Shown: positions 56,801-64,000 of the stretch, piece by piece
Position numbering within the stretch: the stretch's first letter is position 1
How the letters are laid out: each line of letters starts with the position of its first letter
Source of the DNA: a virus
UHGV virus genome: UHGV-0038492
Strand: one strand, 5' to 3'
DNA: 64,000 nt
Notes under the pieces: model-generated
What the model was told of the DNA's origin: nothing
Database searches by the model: none
The model's input: the letters and a program-made list of their open reading frames with translations, nothing else
Program-made: the position numbers and the translations under genes

Positions 56801-59800
56801 CTTTACCAAGGAACCCGGTGGGTTTAAAAATACCCCACTTCGCAACTTTACCCAGTATCGAACCCACCGTACCTAAGATACTCACGATTGGCCCTACTAA
56901 CGGTAAGTCTTTGAGGAAGTCCATCACCCCGCCTTTACGTCCTTTCTGCTCAGCGGTTTTCTTGGCTTTCTCTTCTTCTTTAGAACGTCTACGACGACGG
57001 AAGAATTGGAAGTAGTCACGTTTTTCATCGTTGGCTGCCGGTTTGTTACGCTGTCCGAACTTACTGAACATCGTACGAATCAGGCCATCTGGTGCACCGG
57101 CTCGCTCCGCAGAATCACGCATGGTGTTAAACCAGGACATTTCCTGAAGGTTAACCATCCGGTTCAAACGTTCCAGTAATGCTGAACCAACACTCTTCGC
57201 TTTCTGCTTACCTTTGTTGATAACGCGTCCTGCGGTATCCGTTGCGGTTTCGAAATCCTCCTTCGCTGCGTTAAACACGCGTGTTGGAGAAACCTTACCA
57301 CGAGCGTACAAGTGTTGGCGGTAAAACTCCGCAACGTCGTCATCACGACCTGCTAAACGCGACTCCGCCCGATAACGTGTGGCAATGTCGTAGCGTGGAT
57401 CACGGAAACTATCTACTGTTTCGCCAAAGCGTCCACGGAAACGGCCAAACCACCCTTTACCCGCAGCACCCCAACGAGACAGTCTATCGCCAACGCCATG
57501 ACGGAAACGTGAGAATCGGTCACGTTGTCTGCCTCGCCAATCCCGGAAATTCTGGAAGTAGTCTTTAAATCCGTCGCGGAAATCCTTAACACGGTTAAGC
57601 ATCCCTTTGATAGATTTCGAGCCAACGTTTTTCTCCAGTTGCTCCGTCCAGGATTCATCTTCAGGCTCACCGTCTAAACGACGGTTAAGGAGTTTATAGA
57701 TACGAATCAGGATATGGTTGGTCTTACGGCCATTCGACCAAGAGAACATGCTGAAGCCACCGCCAGAACCACCTTCCTTACGATTCTGCCACCACCGGGT
57801 AAGCGGGTTGTCAGTCGCTAACTCTTTGAATTTCTCAAAGCCACGTTTTGCATTGTTCCACAAACGAGCAGGCATTCCGGTTACGCGAGAAATCATGCTT
57901 TGTAAACGCGTTTTCTCACTGCCCTCAGGAATCTCATTAAGCCACTCACGCGCTTTCTCGAAGATAGACGCTGCTCTTGGCGAGATTAGTCCAATCAGTT
58001 TCTTCGGTAAGTTAACAGCTTTGTTTACTGCTGTACCTGCTTTACCGGAGATATACTGGAACAGGGCCTGGAGTTTACCGCCTTTATAGAAGCGCAATTT
58101 ACCTGCTGCCGCTAGATCGGCCGCTGCGAGAATCAAGTTCCCGGCTTCGTCGACAATATCACGACCTAGCTTAATGTCGTCTAACGAACGGAGTTGTACC
58201 AGCTTATTAGTCTTAGGGTCAGCCTGATAATACTCACCTGCCTCTAAGCGGCTACCTTGTAAAACGACATTGCCTTTTTCGTCGTAGATGTCTCGAACAC
58301 CAAGAACACCTTTCCCGAAGGCGACCGCTGAATTCCAGCCTGTGGACAATGTACCAGTAACTAAACCTTTCAGTCGTTCAAAAACACCCGGGCCGTCAGA
58401 TGGGCCACCGGAGAATTTCCCACGGATAAAACTGCCCAGTGACTGTAAACGTCCTTTCCCTCTCAGGAACATGTTCTTCGCAAAACGACCTGCACCCGTA
58501 CCGGTGTCCCAAAGTACGCCCGCCCAACGACGGAACAGACCGCTTTCACCAAGCACGATGCGTTTACGCTTGCGTTTGTTACCGGCGCTACCTGCATCTT
58601 CAGAAGTGTCATCCTCACCGTCACGACCACCGCCTAAGCTGGCCAGCAGAATACCCTCCTCATCCATGTTCTTGACATGTTTCAGAATTTCCTGCACGGT
58701 GTTGGATTCGGATTTGTTACGGATAGCATCGACGATTCTATCAAACTGCTGTTCTAGTCCTGCGGTGGTATCAGGGCGTTCACTTAACAGTTCAACAAAG
58801 TTGGTGGATTTTTCACCGTAAAGGACAGCAGCAAGTTGTCGTGCTGACAGTCCACGACCACCACGACCGCCTTTACCTTTAACGGAGTCAATCGTCGACT
58901 CGTCACCGGTTACGGAGGCGTCTACCCCTAAACGACGCAAATAGTCACCTAACGCAGAACCGTTTTTCAGTTTGCGCTGGATTTCTTGTTCACGCGTTAA
59001 CGAACGGCCGGAACGGGTTTTCCCCATGGCCAGGTCATTAAACAGCGTATACGGATCGTTAATGTCTTTATCTACATCAAACCGATCGTTCTTCGCATCG
59101 TACTTAAAGATGCCTGCATCACGTAACGCATTCTCACCGTAGATAATTGAAGCTTCGTCTACCGTGTTTTGACGTGCACGTATCGTTGACTGAATGGCTG
59201 AAATCTTACTAGCAATCTCATTGCTAAGTTCGTGATGACCGCCTGTCAGTTCTGAAGACCGTGCTTCTAAGACCGCCTGAATCGCTTCTACCGCGTTTGC
59301 ATTCATGTAACGATACATGTGCATCGGGTCTTTCAGCAGACTGCCTACGTCGAATGCCTTACCTTCAGACGCACGGGATTCAATATAGTCCGCCAGCGCC
59401 TGGCGAGTTTTCGAATCCAGGGTTTTGTCTTTGTCGATAAAGTCAACGGTTTCGTTAATGTACTGCTGTAAACGCTTCCGCTGTTCATCGTTCGCAACCG
59501 CTTTACGGACACGGTTACCGATAACTTTACGGTCAATCATCCCACGCGTGGTTAAATCGTACACCTGGTCGTGGTGTTCGCCGTACCCGCGACGAATAGA
59601 TTTGTTAATCTCCGTCAGCAAAGTCGGGATGACTTCCGTGATGCTAAGATACGCTTTACGGTCGAACTTCGCGGCGGCGGATAACGCTTCTGCTGAACGT
59701 TCTTCTAAAGCTAATCCCTCACGACGCAGCGGTGTCACTAACCCCATCTCGTGCATTAAACGGAAGACGGTGGCCAATGGGCCGTCTATCTCACCAGCAA

Positions 59801-60998
59801 TCGCCGAGTTAGAGATAGACGATAAGTTACCGAACCCGTATCGTGCCAGCTGAAGCCGTTTCATGACTTCTGGGTTCTTTTCTAACTCACTGCGTGTCCA
59901 GTTCTGTAAACGTTCTACCTGAGGCTGTAAGAATCGTTTTGCTAACCAACTACCAGCAAACCCTGCGACTTTACCTCGGGAGTTCGTACGACGACGTTCT
60001 GGCGACAGCGTAGAACTATCTTCCATGCCGAAGTCGTCTTCCTGACTCATTGACAGAACTTGTTCTAATATCCCGCGTCCGTCGCTGAAGATATTCGAAA
60101 TCTTTTTCTTCGCGTTCTCACGAATCTGATCAATAAAGTTATCCGCGTAACGCAAGGGGTTCATCCATTCGGCAGCTTTACGTTTTACGTTAGCCCAACG
60201 AACTTCAGAGAATTCCTCTTTTGCGTAGTCCGGCAACGCGGTGTTTTTAACAATCGCTTCAAGTGCCGGGGTGTTACGGCTAAACTCATCCTGTTTAAGT
60301 TTAGCAATATCTTGCAACGCGAATAACGTACGGTATTGCAGCTCTAACTGTTTACGCTGAACGTTAAGCATTACCCCACGACTTAAACTGGTCGTCAGGT
60401 TAACGTCTTTCGCAATACCGATAACCGTCTGGAACAGCGCATCGGACTTCATGTCCTTGATGGTGTCGCGAAGACGGTCTTCTACCATTCCTTCCTGAAC
60501 CTCGCGTTGTTGTTCAGGTGTTTGTGGTGTGCCTGCAAAAACAGAGTCTAACTCACGATCCATTAACGCTTGTTTAGGATCGTAATTCCCGTAATCGTAC
60601 TGGTCGCTTTTCGCCCACTTGTCGATCTTACGGGTTACACTGTCAGGCAAATACCGTTTTAGGGTTGGGCCTAACTGACGAGCTTGTGCCTTCACTACAC
60701 GGGAGGTCTTTTCAATCTCGTCTTTCGTATGGGCCAGAATGTCTTGACCTGCGGCTTTGACGTTCTTATAACCTTCATAAGCGTCAGTCGCCGGTTTTGG
60801 CATTCCTTTTAAAATGACCTGATCACGTTTATTTTCGGGCCAGATAGTCGACAACGCCGACTTACGGGCAGCACGAAATGTGTCCATGACCGGGTTACGC
60901 GATTGGTCTTGTTGACGAGGGGGCTCATCAAAATCGTCCCAGTCGTCCATGTTATCAAGATCGATTTCATCGAAATCGTCTTTACCTTTTTTAGCCAT
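53865..60998 (-). CDS. giant virion protein (2377 aa) with internal hydrophobic region and soluble-lytic-transglycosylase domain; resembles phiKZ gp181-type tail / ejection protein
   Basis: Single 7134-nt ORF; N-terminus MAKKGKDDFDEIDLDNMDDWDDFDE; hydrophobic stretch LPLVGPIVSILGTVGSILGKV...AVTAVASAASTVVAAVGWPAIAIGATVAGLGYWAY; SLT motif NAESGFKYGVKNPGASAAGLFQFIDKTW encoded near 54880-54950. Confidence 0.85.
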   Translation of the reverse strand: MAKKGKDDFDEIDLDNMDDWDDFDEPPRQQDQSRNPVMDTFRAARKSALSTIWPENKRDQVILKGMPKPATDAYEGYKNVKAAGQDILAHTKDEIEKTSRVVKAQARQLGPTLKRYLPDSVTRKIDKWAKSDQYDYGNYDPKQALMDRELDSVFAGTPQTPEQQREVQEGMVEDRLRDTIKDMKSDALFQTVIGIAKDVNLTTSLSRGVMLNVQRKQLELQYRTLFALQDIAKLKQDEFSRNTPALEAIVKNTALPDYAKEEFSEVRWANVKRKAAEWMNPLRYADNFIDQIRENAKKKISNIFSDGRGILEQVLSMSQEDDFGMEDSSTLSPERRRTNSRGKVAGFAGSWLAKRFLQPQVERLQNWTRSELEKNPEVMKRLQLARYGFGNLSSISNSAIAGEIDGPLATVFRLMHEMGLVTPLRREGLALEERSAEALSAAAKFDRKAYLSITEVIPTLLTEINKSIRRGYGEHHDQVYDLTTRGMIDRKVIGNRVRKAVANDEQRKRLQQYINETVDFIDKDKTLDSKTRQALADYIESRASEGKAFDVGSLLKDPMHMYRYMNANAVEAIQAVLEARSSELTGGHHELSNEIASKISAIQSTIRARQNTVDEASIIYGENALRDAGIFKYDAKNDRFDVDKDINDPYTLFNDLAMGKTRSGRSLTREQEIQRKLKNGSALGDYLRRLGVDASVTGDESTIDSVKGKGGRGGRGLSARQLAAVLYGEKSTNFVELLSERPDTTAGLEQQFDRIVDAIRNKSESNTVQEILKHVKNMDEEGILLASLGGGRDGEDDTSEDAGSAGNKRKRKRIVLGESGLFRRWAGVLWDTGTGAGRFAKNMFLRGKGRLQSLGSFIRGKFSGGPSDGPGVFERLKGLVTGTLSTGWNSAVAFGKGVLGVRDIYDEKGNVVLQGSRLEAGEYYQADPKTNKLVQLRSLDDIKLGRDIVDEAGNLILAAADLAAAGKLRFYKGGKLQALFQYISGKAGTAVNKAVNLPKKLIGLISPRAASIFEKAREWLNEIPEGSEKTRLQSMISRVTGMPARLWNNAKRGFEKFKELATDNPLTRWWQNRKEGGSGGGFSMFSWSNGRKTNHILIRIYKLLNRRLDGEPEDESWTEQLEKNVGSKSIKGMLNRVKDFRDGFKDYFQNFRDWRGRQRDRFSRFRHGVGDRLSRWGAAGKGWFGRFRGRFGETVDSFRDPRYDIATRYRAESRLAGRDDDVAEFYRQHLYARGKVSPTRVFNAAKEDFETATDTAGRVINKGKQKAKSVGSALLERLNRMVNLQEMSWFNTMRDSAERAGAPDGLIRTMFSKFGQRNKPAANDEKRDYFQFFRRRRRSKEEEKAKKTAEQKGRKGGVMDFLKDLPLVGPIVSILGTVGSILGKVAKWGIFKPTGFLGKAAWNVGKFAVQRLAVPAVTAVASAASTVVAAVGWPAIAIGATVAGLGYWAYKCATRVKAQYLDYMRLAQYGFRDYDQWSSEDGMKARYLEDALKPYVSYTEGGEAQLRGLSSEDVKKLAEGFGVNLEERGEMLAFTAFMLQRFAPIYLRWISALKSMDNDIALADVGDPKKVSKADMITLYNKMKMGKDSAEFRSLTDPRKVNQGWFSKAWDFVTFTPAEFLSGEEVVEAQERVWRSINMRTDDKRKQRSGMRDAVEGHKVASVAETSQVLANADAERNEKVAKVEGWEDGTEQVQIQVDWHSLPKKSDLEDLESIRWKTYGAVTINQTTRNLFTLLEKNVLKDIDVKNCTYKGNWKEAIAVISPDLIGGPKEERCKNWFYNRFLPAYMTYVVGLKRYIPQADPTELKVSGGFMYELALMIRGAYNMKGGIRQSVWEIPFNPLGEEANTDAGSVATELANLKELSKEPDLAVRNTLRSTPAAGKRAKWQKADRATRMYQTDEDTKDRFKGVVDWGTASNDGYLPNGGASYGTPGDLSQVVGEMGISNYAKFSTGQSGIKLGDVKEGDYKTLAEKYPISKLGSGESPNVDGVKAMIADVANTLGVPPAVAIAMANAESGFKYGVKNPGASAAGLFQFIDKTWSGMMKGYSRRYGIPQVNQYDPWANTILGVQFIRDNIMQAQKDLGGVEPPPAVAYLYHFLGPGGGKKFLNAWRQNPNMPADKAEGITPQILRGNKGVFYEMRGKQIVRIRTVGEVINELNRRMGAVATNEIAANPASTKDMVKGLTPAVASSPAVAAGAANDPSISDPADNLPASNAERRDDALAEKGAMGADNVKAATSGGPAVPSPGGSSAGGDASVIGETVAAGARNEGLPEEDVEKVKEGAVQRAAATSKPAPAVTSDAQNGPTLSSGDPISVQQLAVAKESAGYLKEIVTILKQRPQPVQNTVSSKPTAPAGSASRQMSVEQPARQLNVRRAG

Positions 60999-61027
60999 AA
61001 CGTTTAATCCGTATCAGGAGATTTAGC

Positions 61028-62653
61028 GTGAATAAACTTAATTGGGTTGACTTTTATCTGCTCAATGTAAACAAGTCTCTTGTGTCGCGATTACGACCCG
61101 TCACGACCACAGATACTTTTCAAGGGTTGACAAAAAACTTTCACCCTGAAGGGTTATACTCCACGGAGATATTCGGTCTTACGGGAAGTGAAGCCCGAGA
61201 CTCAACGTTTTCTTACATTGATATTAAATTAGATATCATTTCGCCGACGGTGTGTTTGGCGTTATTCCAACTAAAACAACTCTACGAAGAAATTTGTTCT
61301 GGAAAACGCTACGCAACCTGGAGCGAAAAAGAAAAAGATTTTGAACCGGCTTTGCCTGGCGACGCTGGCGCAGATACCGGTTTTAACTTTTTCCTTAGTC
61401 ACTACAACGACTTAAAACCCGGACGTAACGAATCGTTACAACGTGACGAAACGGTGGATTTCTTCGAGAAGTTCCGTCCCGTGAGTCTTAGCCGCTATGT
61501 TCTCGTATTACCCGCGGGCTTACGTGATTTGGTGGTTAGACAAGACGGTAGGGAACAGGAAGAGGAAATCGGCGGGTTATATCGTCGTTTGATTTCTTTG
61601 GCCAGGGCGATTCCTGACCGTGCTACACGGGTTGAATTAACGAACCCTGTGCGATGGAAGCTCCAACAAACCTTTAACGAAATCTGGATGTACTTCTTTA
61701 ACATCCAGGACGGTAAAGGGGGCTTCCAACGTCGTAAAGTGACGTCACGTAAACTGATGAACGGGACACGTAACGTATTGTCCTCATTCTCCACAGGCTC
61801 TAAATGCATGGGGCGTGAGGATGCGATTCGACCAACTGACACCAAAATTGGTTTGTATCAGGGTCTGAAAGCGTTACTGCCGGTTGCGCAATACCAGATA
61901 CGTGAACGTTACCTCGGTAACATTCGTGCTGGCGATGGCAACCTTTACGGCGTAAACACCAAAACGCTTAAACGCGAGTTCTTGGAAGTTGGGGGTCGAG
62001 TTTACGACACCTTTACCACGGACGACGGTATCGAAACATTAATTAACCGGATGGAAGCTCGCGAGCTTCGTCATCAACCGTTAATGATTAACGATACCCA
62101 TTACGTCGCGTTGGTCTACCAAGACAACAAACATTTTAAGGTGTTCTACGATATCGATGAACTGCCTAAAACGTTTGACCGTAAAAACGTCCATGGAATG
62201 ACCCTGGTAGAACTACTCTACTTATCGGGTTACGATCTGTGGAACAACTATTTCGGTTTCGTTACACGTTATCCCGTCACCGGTCGAGGCTCGACGTACT
62301 CATCGACCATAAGATTGGAGACCACCACGTCATCTTTATACTTAAAAGAACTGGAAGATGACTGGGAGACTGAAAAGCCTCGCGGGGCAATCAGTTATCC
62401 TGACCGCTCGGTTCCAACCTTTGTTGAGTCGATGGCACCGCACCCGTCACGACTGGGTGGCTTAGGGGGCGACTACGATGGTGACACCGGTTCACTTAAC
62501 GCGCCTATGTCGCAAGAAGCGCTCGAGGAAAACCGTAACTGGATACACTCGAAGAACTACTGGTTCGATTCTGACGGGAATTTCAAAATCAATCCTGTCA
62601 ACAACGTGATTAAACGTGCGACGCAAGCGTTATTAAAGAATCCAAAAGGCTAA
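61028..62653 (+). CDS. beta-prime-like subunit fragment of a split multisubunit RNA polymerase (N-terminal part incl. catalytic DxDGD), 541 aa
   Basis: GTG start preceded by AGGAG; [14 protein letters not shown] resembles beta-prime [36 protein letters not shown] resembles [44 protein letters not shown] resembles the catalytic [22 protein letters not shown] (E. coli beta-prime recalled from memory). Confidence 0.8.
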   Translation: [541 protein letters not shown]

Positions 62654-62656
62654 TCA

Positions 62657-64000
62657 ATGCTGCTCATTAAACAGTTTAACCAACGCTTCTCTGTGCGTAA
62701 AACAGACGAGTTTGGTAATCCGAGGATTATCCCGCTCGAGAAGCTCCAGATACCACGAGGCTCCATACTGCACGTCGTGGATCTCGATCAGGTGGTCTTA
62801 GCACCACCTGCTACGCTGGAAATCATCCAGCCGTTGGAAAAACCTGCACAAATTCGCCACCACTTTAAACTTCCCGAAGAAGGGATTAGTGGGCATCCAC
62901 GTAACAAACCTGTGCAGGGGCAAGAACGTGCTATCTTTGCGTACCATCGCGCTAACCGTCCAATTCGTCGTCTGACTTCAGATGACCTGATTCGTAAAGA
63001 CTTAAAAGTTCTCCTTATCGAGAACTACACACCGATGTTATCGCACTACTATTATCCAGACACACAATTAGCCTGGTACGATAGACTGCGTAACATCCAG
63101 CTGTTAATGACCAACCAGTTCAAATACGACACGCAGGAATACATGCGTCAGAACTACTTCGTAATTGAGCTGGGGTCAACGTTACCGTCTTTCCAGAAGT
63201 TCCAAACGACGTATAACGATCGCGTTAAAAGCAAGATTGAAAAGTTCCAGGACTTTAACCTGCTGTGGTTGTTGGAACTGTTCGCTTGGGCGTACGGTAA
63301 ACAGTCTGATTCTCTGTTTGCGGGAATGGACTTAACGCAACTGTCTCGAATGAACTTCATCTTCACCCACAACGGCGGCTTTACGTCGATGAACATGGGT
63401 GTCGTGGAGAAGATGCGTAAATCGTCCGGTGGTCGTTTAAGTGACGACCAGATGGCCAGGATGTTCTATCGTACGTTAGTGCGTGTAATGACACAAGCAC
63501 CGTCTAATGCGTACGAAGCTGAATTCCTGACACCGGAAGGTGATGAACGTATCTTTGTTAAAGACATCGAAGAAGAGACGGTTGACGTCGCTGACGATGG
63601 AGACGTTGTTAACGACGCTGTGGTTGAATCGGATAACGCTTTCGATGAAAAAGAAGACCTCGTTATTGAGGAACCGAAAGAAGACGTTAAGCCGACGACT
63701 ATCGTTATCGAAAAAACGATTGCCCACGATGACATTATCAAACAGGAAGCGCAGAAACTGGCTGAGGCGGGCCGCTTAAGCTCTAAAGCGTATCAGTTCC
63801 TGTCTGATTCGACTAAACGTTTCGTTCAGTTACCGAACCCGTATAACCCGAAAGAAACTTACGGTGAAGCATTAACCGTTCACGAAAAAGACATTGCCGT
63901 GAAAGCGGAACCGAAGAAAGTCCAGCGACTGGTTACGGATGAAGGTTGGGCAGAAAACGTCACCGACCAAATGGTGAAACAATACAACCAGACCATGATG
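62657..64000 (+). CDS. hypothetical protein, N-terminal 448 aa (partial; continues past window end)
   Basis: ATG 62657 four nt after the preceding stop; frame appears open to the window end (not in track, consistent with no in-window stop). Confidence 0.6.
   Translation, partial: MLLIKQFNQRFSVRKTDEFGNPRIIPLEKLQIPRGSILHVVDLDQVVLAPPATLEIIQPLEKPAQIRHHFKLPEEGISGHPRNKPVQGQERAIFAYHRANRPIRRLTSDDLIRKDLKVLLIENYTPMLSHYYYPDTQLAWYDRLRNIQLLMTNQFKYDTQEYMRQNYFVIELGSTLPSFQKFQTTYNDRVKSKIEKFQDFNLLWLLELFAWAYGKQSDSLFAGMDLTQLSRMNFIFTHNGGFTSMNMGVVEKMRKSSGGRLSDDQMARMFYRTLVRVMTQAPSNAYEAEFLTPEGDERIFVKDIEEETVDVADDGDVVNDAVVESDNAFDEKEDLVIEEPKEDVKPTTIVIEKTIAHDDIIKQEAQKLAEAGRLSSKAYQFLSDSTKRFVQLPNPYNPKETYGEALTVHEKDIAVKAEPKKVQRLVTDEGWAENVTDQMVKQYNQTMM

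Noticed and set aside
51640-59853. Numerous plus-strand ORFs of 60-177 aa within 51618-60998
   Set aside because: All are embedded antisense in the 733-aa and 2377-aa minus-strand genes; the high GC of that region inflates random ORF length
1-64000. CRISPR arrays, IS elements, integrase or attachment sites; prophage or chromosomal origin
   Set aside because: No regularly spaced direct repeats, no transposase or integrase-like ORFs, and the gene content is uniformly phage-like

Overview
This 64-kb window reads as DNA of a large virulent dsDNA phage, not bacterial chromosome. It is most consistent with a phiKZ-like jumbo myovirus of an enterobacterial host, which is an inference from gene content, not a database match. 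Coding is compact with strong Shine-Dalgarno sites and GC-rich hairpin terminators; I found no rRNA, tRNA, CRISPR array, IS element or integrase. Layout: (i) 1-8085, minus strand, two very large tail-fibre-like genes, the first running off the left edge; (ii) 8.1-51.0 kb, about 55 mostly short plus-strand genes in terminator-delimited blocks with a few minus-strand islands. Recognisable products there are a Rad50/SbcC-like ATPase, GNAT acetyltransferase, macro-domain-like protein, secreted lytic transglycosylase, DEDDh 3-prime-5-prime exonuclease, RNase HI-domain fusion, thymidylate-synthase homologue with insertions, and a MazG-like NTP pyrophosphohydrolase; (iii) 51.0-61.0 kb, minus strand, three virion genes including a 2377-aa protein with a lytic-transglycosylase domain; (iv) 61.0-64.0 kb, plus strand, a beta-prime-like fragment of a split multisubunit RNA polymerase and one partial gene. 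Most products cannot be assigned from sequence alone. The best candidates for an undescribed system are a self-contained operon of five small secreted proteins (one with an Ivy-like loop), four tandem paralogues sharing a C-terminal GW...QLLF module, and an orphan Rad50-like ATPase followed by three micro-membrane peptides. Gene coordinates come from the supplied ORF track with starts adjusted by codon counting; hairpin coordinates were indexed by hand and may be off by a base or two.
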